This document shows, one piece after another, positions 18,778 through 26,324 of a DNA stretch of 36,890 nucleotides (within the stretch, counting starts at the first letter, position 1; each line of letters starts with the position of its first letter). This DNA is from a virus (Duplodnaviria > Caudoviricetes): positions 1 through 36,890 of IMG/VR virus record IMGVR_UViG_3300032306_000024, one strand, 5' to 3'. The notes under the pieces were generated by a model. It saw only the letters and a list, made by a program, of their open reading frames with translations. It was not told the DNA's origin and searched no databases. A program made the translations under genes and the position numbers.

Positions 18778-19340
18778 TCGAAACATTCAAACAAAAAGTA
18801 TTAACCGCATCCGTAGATCGCTATGTGTTAACTCCTAGTCAGTGCATGATGTTACGTCAGGACGCAGAGATAATTGGCATGAAGCGTGCTCCAGTGCTGG
18901 CCAAGGATGGTTCAAACAAGGTATCGCGTACTCGCACATGCTCATCGTGCTGGATTCCATTTAGTCAACATCACAAGTGGATCTACAATGTGATGAAAGA
19001 GATTACGGAAAGCATCAATGCCGAGCAATGGCGTTTCGACATCCAAGGCATCCAACAGTTGCAGGTGCTTCGCTATCGTCCGTTCCAGAGGTTTAAGTGG
19101 CACTTCGATACATACACTGGATCTGACCGCAAGTTGACCGCAGTTGTCAACTTGTCTGCACCACACGAATACATTGGTGGCGGCTTGCAGGTTAAAGCTG
19201 ACATTGAGAACGTAAGGTTTATCCGCGAACAGGGGGCGGGTTGCTGGTTCCCATCTTACCTAGAACATCGCGCGCGTGCTCCAATCTGGGGTACGCGCTG
19301 GGTGTTGGTGGCTTGGCTGACTGGACCTAGCTGGCGATGA
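18774..19340 (+). CDS. 2OG-Fe(II) oxygenase (prolyl 4-hydroxylase/PKHD-like)
   Basis: WHFD (HxD), RKLTAVVNLS, YIGGGL, FPSYLEH and GTRWVLVAW. Confidence 0.88.
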   Translation: MIETFKQKVLTASVDRYVLTPSQCMMLRQDAEIIGMKRAPVLAKDGSNKVSRTRTCSSCWIPFSQHHKWIYNVMKEITESINAEQWRFDIQGIQQLQVLRYRPFQRFKWHFDTYTGSDRKLTAVVNLSAPHEYIGGGLQVKADIENVRFIREQGAGCWFPSYLEHRARAPIWGTRWVLVAWLTGPSWR

Positions 19341-19420
19341 CGATTGACGATCAGATCCGATTGCTTGGCGTGCTGGCAATATGCTTTGGCATGATGACAT
19401 TGCTTTGGAAAAGTAAATGA
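19337..19420 (+). CDS. Tiny membrane peptide, 27 aa, not in the ORF track
   Basis: MTIDDQIRLLGVLAICFGMMTLLWKSK; ATGA overlaps at both ends. Confidence 0.5.
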   Translation: MTIDDQIRLLGVLAICFGMMTLLWKSK

Positions 19421-20007
19421 CCCACGCTGCCAATTTACCACGCCACCTCTATGTCAAATGCGACATGGAGTTTGTATCTGATGGCGAGAAGCAGGGGTTG
19501 GAGGACGTTGTATGGTTCGGCTTGACCGCTGTTCCTGGCCGAGCCTGGGGCTGCACAATTATGCTCAAATGTGGCGCGCTGTACCGAGGCTTGCCACTGC
19601 ACGCTCTTGCTCATGGCGAGATCGCAATTATGGATTGGGATATTAACGATGCTCAACGCTGGGATTGTTTTGGATGGAACTTCACGACAATTGAGTACGA
19701 CTATCTGATGGGATTGTCTTGCAAGGTATGGATCGCCAACAGGAAGACTTGGGAGGTTGGTCGCTACTTATTTACAGCCGAGCCTTACGGAGATGGATTC
19801 TCTATGTCTCCAAGCCAAACCAAGTCACACCATTTCATTGCACTTAACAATGGACGAATCACGGCTGTTCCAGGTAACAATGTGCTTTGGCGCGAATCAA
19901 GCTTCACCACTCAATCCGAAAAGCCTAAGTGGTTGCGAACGCAATCGCAGGTCTGGAATGGAGAAGAAGCCACATGGGATGATGTGGTTGGTGAGGAGAC
20001 AGCATGA
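19417..20007 (+). CDS. Conserved phage hypothetical protein
   Basis: GALYRGLPL, WDCF, YLFT and LNNG motifs, recalled from aquatic phage proteins; function unknown. Confidence 0.7.
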   Translation: MTHAANLPRHLYVKCDMEFVSDGEKQGLEDVVWFGLTAVPGRAWGCTIMLKCGALYRGLPLHALAHGEIAIMDWDINDAQRWDCFGWNFTTIEYDYLMGLSCKVWIANRKTWEVGRYLFTAEPYGDGFSMSPSQTKSHHFIALNNGRITAVPGNNVLWRESSFTTQSEKPKWLRTQSQVWNGEEATWDDVVGEETA

Positions 20008-20231
20008 TCCAGCTCAATCCTGAACTATGGATGATGACTCCCAAGGGCGAAGGCTTGGCCTTCATCGTTACGGATTATGGCATGGATCATAACAAGATAT
20101 TCACAGTGATGCTTAACTCTGGCGAGATACTTGACTTTGACATTCGAGATTGTCGCAGATGCGAGAACCCAAGCTTCGGGGTACAAGCACCATCAGTGCC
20201 TAATCCCCATTACAACAACAAGGAGAAATAA
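20004..20231 (+). CDS. Conserved phage hypothetical protein
   Basis: QLNP...TPKGEG...DYG pattern; ATGA coupling. Confidence 0.65.
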   Translation: MIQLNPELWMMTPKGEGLAFIVTDYGMDHNKIFTVMLNSGEILDFDIRDCRRCENPSFGVQAPSVPNPHYNNKEK

Positions 20232-20233
20232 AT

Positions 20234-20416
20234 ATGCTAGGCAAAGACGTGTCGAAGAATATGCACGAGTTGGCGATGGATAATAAGAAGAAGGGCAAGG
20301 AGCGTGGAGCAGGCGGTAAGCCTCGCTCACGCCAGCAGATGATTGCGATAGCACTCTCTGCTGCTGGGAAGAGCAACAAATCGCCTCGTAAGTTTAGGAT
20401 GCGGTCAGGCTCGTAA
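20234..20416 (+). CDS. Small basic protein
   Basis: Lys/Arg-rich with QMIAIALSAAG motif; SD AAGGAG. Confidence 0.65.
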   Translation: MLGKDVSKNMHELAMDNKKKGKERGAGGKPRSRQQMIAIALSAAGKSNKSPRKFRMRSGS

Positions 20417-20595
20417 TGCACGCAGAGGCAAAAGCTCGCCTCAAGTGGGGGCGCGACATCCTTCTCTCTGCCAGAGAAAAACTGGTGGTAGAGAGGGATC
20501 GCGCTTCTCATGGCCGTGCCATTGACATGATCCAGATCATAACGATGGTGGATGCAGCGGCTTTGATTTGTAAGGAGATTATTGAAAGTGAATGA
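20416..20595 (+). CDS. Hypothetical protein, 59 aa, not in the ORF track
   Basis: TAATG coupling at the start; its TGA overlaps ATG 20592. Confidence 0.6.
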   Translation: MHAEAKARLKWGRDILLSAREKLVVERDRASHGRAIDMIQIITMVDAAALICKEIIESE

Positions 20596-21580
20596 AAAAA
20601 CACACCTCGACTTATTCAGCGGGATCGGAGGATTTGCCTTGGCAGCAAAGTGGAATGGATATAGAACCGTTGGCTTCTGTGACAACGAACCCTACGCACA
20701 AGCAGTCCTCAAAAAGCATTGGCCAGAAGTGCCATGCCACAAAGACATCCGAGAAGTACGAGGCGAGCTATACGCAGGAGTCACTCTTCTCACAGGAGGA
20801 TTTCCATGCCAGCCATTCTCAGTCGCAGGCAAGCAACGAGGTAAGGATGACAACCGTTACCTCTGGCCTGAAATGTTGCGAGTTATACAAGAAGCAAAGC
20901 CAACTTGGATCATTGGTGAGAATGTTGCTGGGATCGTCAACTTGGCACTCGACCAGGTGTGCGCTGATCTGGAAGGTCAAGGTTACGAAGTCGAACCGAT
21001 CATTGTTCCAGCTTGCGCCGTTGACGCGCCACACAGAAGAGACAGGGTTTGGATTGTGGGCCACTCCAAACTCGATGGACTCACTGCCTCCAAGACAAGC
21101 GGAGGATTGCTCGACCAATCAGAAGAACAGAGAGGGAAGGTCAAGGAGTGGGAATCTTCGGGAGCAAGTTGTGCATCCTCAGATGTGGCCAACTCCGTCA
21201 GCGTGTCCGAGGGGAGCGCACACGGGAGCAAGGAGTGGGGCTGTGTCCGAGGACGGGAAGAGCAGGATATCAGCCAACGGAACGAAGTGGGGAGCAACAC
21301 TCCAGACAGCAGTGAGAATGTGGCCGACACCTTCAGCCAACGAGGATGCGGCGGGAACTCCAAACGGGAATATGCAGAAGATGCTGGGCAATCATCCAGA
21401 GATTCGCGGGACAACTCCAGAGGAGTGGCAACGTGGATCACTGAACCCAACGTGGGTCGAGTGGCTAATGGGGTACCAAATAGGTCACACCGACTTAAGG
21501 GATTGGGTAACGCCATCGTCCCGCAAGTCGCGTCAGAAATCATCAGATGTATCAACAAAATAATGGAGGATAACAAATGA
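20588..21580 (+). CDS. C5-cytosine DNA methyltransferase, catalytic (alpha-like) chain with motifs I-VIII and X
   Basis: DLFSGIGG, GGFPCQPFS, ENV, HRRDRVW and LGNAIVPQ; motif IX absent from this frame; start is GTG 20588 or TTG 20582. Confidence 0.92.
   Translation: MNEKTHLDLFSGIGGFALAAKWNGYRTVGFCDNEPYAQAVLKKHWPEVPCHKDIREVRGELYAGVTLLTGGFPCQPFSVAGKQRGKDDNRYLWPEMLRVIQEAKPTWIIGENVAGIVNLALDQVCADLEGQGYEVEPIIVPACAVDAPHRRDRVWIVGHSKLDGLTASKTSGGLLDQSEEQRGKVKEWESSGASCASSDVANSVSVSEGSAHGSKEWGCVRGREEQDISQRNEVGSNTPDSSENVADTFSQRGCGGNSKREYAEDAGQSSRDSRDNSRGVATWITEPNVGRVANGVPNRSHRLKGLGNAIVPQVASEIIRCINKIMEDNK
20592..21563 (+). CDS. Nested +1-frame methyltransferase partner (beta-like chain with TRD-like repeats and motif IX)
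   Basis: 323 open codons inside the MTase gene; WATP, WPTP, WPTP modules; LNPTWVEWLMGY motif IX; true start uncertain. Confidence 0.75.
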   Translation: MKKHTSTYSAGSEDLPWQQSGMDIEPLASVTTNPTHKQSSKSIGQKCHATKTSEKYEASYTQESLFSQEDFHASHSQSQASNEVRMTTVTSGLKCCELYKKQSQLGSLVRMLLGSSTWHSTRCALIWKVKVTKSNRSLFQLAPLTRHTEETGFGLWATPNSMDSLPPRQAEDCSTNQKNREGRSRSGNLREQVVHPQMWPTPSACPRGAHTGARSGAVSEDGKSRISANGTKWGATLQTAVRMWPTPSANEDAAGTPNGNMQKMLGNHPEIRGTTPEEWQRGSLNPTWVEWLMGYQIGHTDLRDWVTPSSRKSRQKSSDVSTK

Positions 21581-22686
21581 AACTATGGACAAATAACACA
21601 AACGCAATCCACAAGGTGGATGATAACTTACTTCACGTTCGCAACACTTACGTCATCCCCGACGAGTTGACTGGTGGGATCTGGGCTGACTCCATTCCAT
21701 GCCCACATAAGATCAAGCCTTACTACAAAGGAAGGTCGGCTGGTGGAGCGACAGCCGTGTATCGGGCTGGAGCGATTGGTGATGCAATCATTGCCACAGC
21801 ATTCGTCAACTACTTGGTGCAGGAGTCAGGTGGGGTGGTAGATGTTTATGCGCCTGCTCGCAACCTGCCTCTCTATGCTGGGCTTGGTGCAAAGTTATAT
21901 CCGCTGCCTTGCACGCTTGAGGCGTGGGAGTCGTATGACTCGCATTTGCCTACCGACGATTTGTTCAGCGGTCAGGTTGGGGATACAAAGCTTGGGACTG
22001 GTCCTGGTAACTGCTACAAGCGCATTTACGAGTGGATGGGTGTGTGGGATGAGAAGGCGATGGCTAAGTATTGTAGGCCGATCTTGCACCTGATTGAGCC
22101 TGACCATGAAGAGCTGAAGGCTTTGGGTAGGTGGCCGTTGCCTGAGAAGTTCTTTGCCTACCATGTTTCGTCCAGCGGTCCGACCCGCACCTACCCGCCA
22201 AAGATGGGGCAGGATGCGGTGCTGGCGTTGCTGGAGGCTTATCCAGAACATCACGCAGTAATCATTGGGCTGGACAACAGCAACAACTTCCATGTAGATC
22301 ATCCTCGCGTTATTGATTTATTTAACACGACGAAGGCAATCAGATCACTGTTCCCAGTCGTAGCCAACGCTGATTTTGTTGTGGCTCCAGATAGCTCTGT
22401 GAATCACATCGCTGCTGGGCTTAACACGCCGTGCGTTTCGCTATGGGGATCATACGATCCAGCCGACAGAATGTCTTACTACCCTCTCAACGTATCAGTG
22501 TTTAAGCCAGACGTTTGCCCACACGCGCCTTGCCGTCCTCACGCTGGGTTGCCCCAGGCTAAGTGTAAGGATGCGACGAACAAAACACCGAAGACGCAGA
22601 TGTGGTGCAATGCTCTGCGCAACATTAAGGCGGAGGATATTGTTGAGGCCAGCAAGAAGGCGATGGAGTTGGGGGCTGGCAAATGA
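21577..22686 (+). CDS. GT9 (heptosyltransferase-like, GT-B fold) glycosyltransferase
   Basis: RAGAIGD, DSSVNHIAAGLNTPCVSLWG and C-terminal C..APC...C...C pattern. Confidence 0.85.
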   Translation: MKLWTNNTNAIHKVDDNLLHVRNTYVIPDELTGGIWADSIPCPHKIKPYYKGRSAGGATAVYRAGAIGDAIIATAFVNYLVQESGGVVDVYAPARNLPLYAGLGAKLYPLPCTLEAWESYDSHLPTDDLFSGQVGDTKLGTGPGNCYKRIYEWMGVWDEKAMAKYCRPILHLIEPDHEELKALGRWPLPEKFFAYHVSSSGPTRTYPPKMGQDAVLALLEAYPEHHAVIIGLDNSNNFHVDHPRVIDLFNTTKAIRSLFPVVANADFVVAPDSSVNHIAAGLNTPCVSLWGSYDPADRMSYYPLNVSVFKPDVCPHAPCRPHAGLPQAKCKDATNKTPKTQMWCNALRNIKAEDIVEASKKAMELGAGK

Positions 22687-22892
22687 GCGCAAAGATGGGG
22701 ATAACAGTCAGGAACTTAAAGAAAGGAATAAATGTGGAAATTAAAATTGGTCGGAATTTGTTTTCAACAATTCAAGAAAGGCAGTGTGTGCATTTTATAA
22801 AATATTTACTGGATGAACAATTAAAAAATCATACCTATTGCAAGTTGAGGGAAAAGGCGACAGAGTCGGAGGAAGTTAAAGAAAGCAAATAA
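22683..22892 (+). CDS. AT-rich hypothetical protein
   Basis: ATGA coupling; visibly lower GC than flanking genes. Confidence 0.5.
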   Translation: MSAKMGITVRNLKKGINVEIKIGRNLFSTIQERQCVHFIKYLLDEQLKNHTYCKLREKATESEEVKESK

Positions 22893-22894
22893 CT

Positions 22895-22977
22895 AACTGG
22901 CGTTGTGGTACGCAGGGAGATCCTGCGGCGGGGTGTCTGCATAGTGTGTTGTTCCCCTCTTGAATCAGTAGCCAGTT
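22895..22977 (+). ncRNA. Candidate structured RNA (three-way junction)
   Basis: AACTGGC/GCCAGTT closing stem, CGCAGG/CCTGCG hairpin and GGGG/CCCC arm fill the intergenic gap. Confidence 0.4.
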
Positions 22978-22986
22978 TGAATTTAT

Positions 22987-23916
22987 ATGACCGAAGCACA
23001 ACGTCACGCTGAAGCAGTAGTCGGGGCTGTCGATTGGCAATCCCAGAATCATGGGCTGTGCAGATGCCCAGGTGAGGCTGCACATACCAGCCACACGCGA
23101 GTTAGGGATACGACTGTGTTTGTAGATGGCGCACCTACGATCTTCTGCTGGCATACCAGTTGCACGCCGTATCGGGACGAGGCCAACCGCAAACTTCGCA
23201 AGGCAATCTTCAACGATCCGCTTTATCGCCCGATCAACATTATGTCAATCGGATCATCTGCACCGATTCGCCTAGTCAAAGATCCAGAAGCCGAGGTGCT
23301 TGACAGACTTAAGACGATTGCTGAGTCAAACAGGCAACGCTATCTCACACACTACAATTGGGACCCAGCGGATATGTTCGAGGAGAGTCCAGTCAAACTG
23401 GAAGATCCAGAGGCTGAGTATCACTTGTTCCTGTCGCTGTTCAACATAGCTGACAATATCTGGATCGGGGATGTCAAGGACAGCGGAAGGCATCCGCAGA
23501 ACTTTCGATCAGCTTGGGATTGGAAGAAGTTAGATGCACCGATAGGTCAGTACACGACTGGCGCAACGTACAAGCATGGCACGATCAGCAGATCGAACGA
23601 TACGGTTGAGCATAGGATTTATTTGGTAGTCGAGTCGGACGTGCTTACCAAGCCAGAAATCGGCGCGGTATTCCAACTTATGCGTGATCTGTTCAGAATG
23701 AAGCTTTACGCAGTGGTTGACACAGGAGGCAAGAGTCTCCACGGCTGGTTCGAGATGCCGCAAAAGAATGAGTGGTTGGAGCAATTAAAAGCTTTCCTTG
23801 TTCCGTTGGGATGCGACCCTGCAACTTTCAAACCAAGCCAACCAGTAAGGATTCCTGGTGCTAAAAGAAACGACAAAACACAGAGCCTTTTGTGGTTCTG
23901 CAAGGAGGGGAAATGA
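22987..23916 (+). CDS. Primase, AEP/RepB-like, with N-terminal Zn-binding motif
   Basis: CRCP...H...CWHTSC; VVESD; DTGGKSLHGWF; adjacent to helicase. Confidence 0.75.
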   Translation: MTEAQRHAEAVVGAVDWQSQNHGLCRCPGEAAHTSHTRVRDTTVFVDGAPTIFCWHTSCTPYRDEANRKLRKAIFNDPLYRPINIMSIGSSAPIRLVKDPEAEVLDRLKTIAESNRQRYLTHYNWDPADMFEESPVKLEDPEAEYHLFLSLFNIADNIWIGDVKDSGRHPQNFRSAWDWKKLDAPIGQYTTGATYKHGTISRSNDTVEHRIYLVVESDVLTKPEIGAVFQLMRDLFRMKLYAVVDTGGKSLHGWFEMPQKNEWLEQLKAFLVPLGCDPATFKPSQPVRIPGAKRNDKTQSLLWFCKEGK

Positions 23917-24926
23917 TAGAGCCAGCAGTAGCTTTGGGAGTAAAGCCAAAGGTGGACGAATGGCCACCGATCAAGTCATACGCAGAGTTGGTCAAGGACA
24001 ACATACCCGCGCCAGAAGTATTGATTGATGGGATGCTGCACCGAGGCGGGAAGCTTTTGCTTGGTGGAGGAAGCAAAGCGTTTAAGAGTTGGAGTCTTAT
24101 CGACCTAGCATTGTCACTGCACGCTGGTGTGCCGTGGTGGGGTCAGTCATGCAAGCAGGCCCGCGTGCTGTTCATTAACTTTGAGATTCAAGAGTGGAGC
24201 TTCCGCAACCGACTTGCAGATGTGATCAAGGCAAAGCAACTGGAAGGTAAGGTTGACGACTTCGATGTGTGGACGCTCCGAGGTTACGCTGCCGACCTTA
24301 CTCTCATTCGACCGATGATTGAGAAGCAGATCGATGGGCGGGGATACCAAGCGATCATCCTAGATCCAAACTATATGTTGATGGGTGATCGGGATGAGAA
24401 CAGCGCGGGGGATATGTCAACGCTGATGAATGAGTTTGAGTATCTGGCCACACGCCACAATTTGTCAATCATCCTATCACACCACTTCTCCAAGGGTAAC
24501 AAAAGCGGAAGCGAGGCAATTGATAGGTTCAGCGGAAGCGGTGTGTTTGCACGCAACCCAGATAGCCTAGTCGTTCTCACGCCTCACGAGGAGGACGAGC
24601 GTACATTCACTTGCGAAGTAACGCTGCGGAACTTTTCACCAATGGACGCATTCGTTGTCCAATGGTCTTATCCACTATTCCGCCAGAACTTTAACCTCAA
24701 CCCAGACAAGCTCAAGAAACCAGGCGCACACAAGGCAATTGACGATAAAAGGTTCCTGACCGAGATGGGCAGCAAGGAGTGGCAGGCTGGCGATTTATGC
24801 CGTCATATCATGGAAAAGCTGGAAGTGGCAGAAAGTACGTTTTATAGGCATCTAAAACGCCTGAATAAAGCTAAGAAGATATTGTCAGACAATGGTTTGT
24901 ATAGTGCCAACCAGTCTACTTTCTAA
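23913..24926 (+). CDS. RepA-like AAA_25 (RecA-fold) helicase
   Basis: Walker A GGSKAFKS, Walker B IILDP, HHFSK, FSGSG, C-terminal HTH-like region; SD and ATGA coupling at 23913. Confidence 0.88.
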   Translation: MIEPAVALGVKPKVDEWPPIKSYAELVKDNIPAPEVLIDGMLHRGGKLLLGGGSKAFKSWSLIDLALSLHAGVPWWGQSCKQARVLFINFEIQEWSFRNRLADVIKAKQLEGKVDDFDVWTLRGYAADLTLIRPMIEKQIDGRGYQAIILDPNYMLMGDRDENSAGDMSTLMNEFEYLATRHNLSIILSHHFSKGNKSGSEAIDRFSGSGVFARNPDSLVVLTPHEEDERTFTCEVTLRNFSPMDAFVVQWSYPLFRQNFNLNPDKLKKPGAHKAIDDKRFLTEMGSKEWQAGDLCRHIMEKLEVAESTFYRHLKRLNKAKKILSDNGLYSANQSTF

Positions 24927-24929
24927 TTA

Positions 24930-25165
24930 ACTCTCATTTCACTGTCATTTCTTGAGCATTCAGACCCTTATATATATAAGGAATAAATTCGCGAAGGAAA
25001 GTAGGAACAGGACTCCTTAGTCCGTCCTGTCCCTACCATTACATTCTTTCCGTAGCGTTTCCCTGTTCTGGAAAACAAACTGAAAGCTGGCTGGCAGGGC
25101 TGGCATGGCTGGCTGGGCATCCTCACACCTGCTGAACAACGAAGTTGGTGATCAGGTGGAGGGTG
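24930..25165. other. Putative replication origin or structured non-coding region
   Basis: Tandem ACT(C/G)TCATTTC, palindrome CCTTATATATATAAGG, two long hairpins and five GCTGG copies directly after the helicase. Confidence 0.55.
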
Positions 25166-25174
25166 TGGTACAAT
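25166..25174 (+). promoter_or_regulatory. Extended -10 promoter
   Basis: TGGTACAAT, 6 nt before ATG 25181. Confidence 0.55.
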
Positions 25175-25180
25175 CGTGAA

Positions 25181-25306
25181 ATGAACAAAGGCTTATACGC
25201 GAACATTAACGCTCGCCGCAAGGCTGGCACTAGTCGCAGCAAGAAGAACAGCACTATCAAGCCGAAGGTATGGCGTATGATGAAGGCAAAGAAAGGCGGG
25301 TTCTGA
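25181..25306 (+). CDS. Small basic protein, 41 aa, not in the ORF track
   Basis: MNKGLYANINARRKAG...KKGGF; GLYANI-type basic phage peptide. Confidence 0.7.
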   Translation: MNKGLYANINARRKAGTSRSKKNSTIKPKVWRMMKAKKGGF

Positions 25307-25581
25307 ACCAAGATCGGGAGCAATTGAAGCTGGCCAATAGGTTTATTAGCCTGTTGCAGAAGGAAAACGCCCAGTTGCATAGCGTTTTAAGACTGCTAGG
25401 GCAGTTGGTAGACGACATGAATGCGAATTGTTCATTTGAAGTGTTCGAACACCAGTGGGAGGGTCTGACTGATGAGGTTAATAGGCTGTCAGGCTTCTTC
25501 GAAAGCCACCAGAAGGCACTACAATCGCTTCAGGATGCCATTCCTAGCGACTTTTACACTGATGAGGTAGATGAGTCGTGA
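25270..25581 (+). CDS. Hypothetical coiled-coil protein
   Basis: 103 aa helical ORF; GTGA coupling with the next gene. Confidence 0.6.
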   Translation: MAYDEGKERRVLNQDREQLKLANRFISLLQKENAQLHSVLRLLGQLVDDMNANCSFEVFEHQWEGLTDEVNRLSGFFESHQKALQSLQDAIPSDFYTDEVDES

Positions 25582-25814
25582 ATCCCAGAGACTTACCATG
25601 TAACTCACCCCGCAGGACTCCAGGTGGACCTAAAAAGTTTGTAGTCCGTGCCTGCCAAGGTGGTCAAAGCAAGACCATCCGCTATGGCGATCCAGATATG
25701 ACAATTAAGAAAAGCAATCCAGCAAGGCGTAAAAGCTTTAGGGCTAGGCATCAGTGCGACTCTAAACCTCCAAGCAAGCTGACAGCAAGGCATTGGAGTT
25801 GCAAAAACTGGTAA
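25578..25814 (+). CDS. Small basic conserved phage protein (DUF5754-like)
   Basis: KKFVV...IRYGD...RRKSFRARH...WSCKNW; SD GAGG. Confidence 0.7.
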   Translation: MNPRDLPCNSPRRTPGGPKKFVVRACQGGQSKTIRYGDPDMTIKKSNPARRKSFRARHQCDSKPPSKLTARHWSCKNW

Positions 25815-25815
25815 T

Positions 25816-25980
25816 ATGGCAAAGGTAGCCAAAAATAAGGCTCTAAAACGCTCACAATCGAGCGTAAATGCCGTTTCTAAGCGTCTTTGTGCGAAGGCTG
25901 ATGCTCCAGACCTTCCAGTTGTCAAATTTAAGGTTGAGGAGCTAGGAAACAAAGCCTGTTGTTGCCGTATTGGTCGCTAG
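25816..25980 (+). CDS. Small basic protein, 54 aa, not in the ORF track
   Basis: MAKVAKNKALKR...KACCCRIGR; starts 1 nt after the previous stop. Confidence 0.5.
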   Translation: MAKVAKNKALKRSQSSVNAVSKRLCAKADAPDLPVVKFKVEELGNKACCCRIGR

Positions 25981-26031
25981 ACTTCCGTTTATAGCACCCT
26001 TATAGGGCTAACGCTCTCGCAAAAGGCTACA

Positions 26032-26205
26032 CTACCGTTTAGGTGGCTGCGCTTCCGTTTGTTGACGCTCCCGATACTTAGCCCAACGGATTCCTACCGC
26101 CTTCCGATAGTGTTCCTTGGGTCGCACCTTTTGTGGACCTTTTACGCTCCCGCCCTTCTTGCCTAGGCGCGAAAGGTAAGCCTTTATGATTTCATCTTCT
26201 GTCAT
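26032..26205 (-). CDS. Small basic KGG-motif protein, 57 aa, not in the ORF track
   Basis: MTEDEIIKAYLSRLGKKGGSVKG...RKAVGIRWAK. Confidence 0.7.
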   Translation of the reverse strand: MTEDEIIKAYLSRLGKKGGSVKGPQKVRPKEHYRKAVGIRWAKYRERQQTEAQPPKR

Positions 26206-26324
26206 ATTTTTATATTGTCCTTATAGGCCAAGCTTCAGTTTGTAAAGACGGAATGCCTGCGCTGCCGTTTGTAAGCAAGCGAGAAAAGCCGTTGGGGTTT
26301 GAACCCTTGGGCTAAATTAGTTCT

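Noticed and set aside
18774-19340. Calling the oxygenase a TET/JBP enzyme
   Set aside because: Its motifs match the prolyl-hydroxylase/PKHD-type group; a DNA substrate remains a hypothesis
20983-21576. 197-aa antisense ORF as a third overlapping gene
   Set aside because: No motifs seen; it can be explained as a by-product of constraint on the two sense frames
22835-22942. Minus-strand peptide MQTPRRRISLR... with a GAGGGG SD-like sequence
   Set aside because: No promoter seen and it is antisense to a coupled operon; the SD-like run is one arm of the predicted structure, though the peptide is not fully excluded
22895-22977. tRNA or hammerhead ribozyme
   Set aside because: No T-arm GTTCRA or anticodon-arm geometry, and no CUGANGA plus GAAA core on either strand
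25086-25116. Chi sites
   Set aside because: Only the 5-nt GCTGG is present, not the full E. coli GCTGGTGG, and the host is unknown
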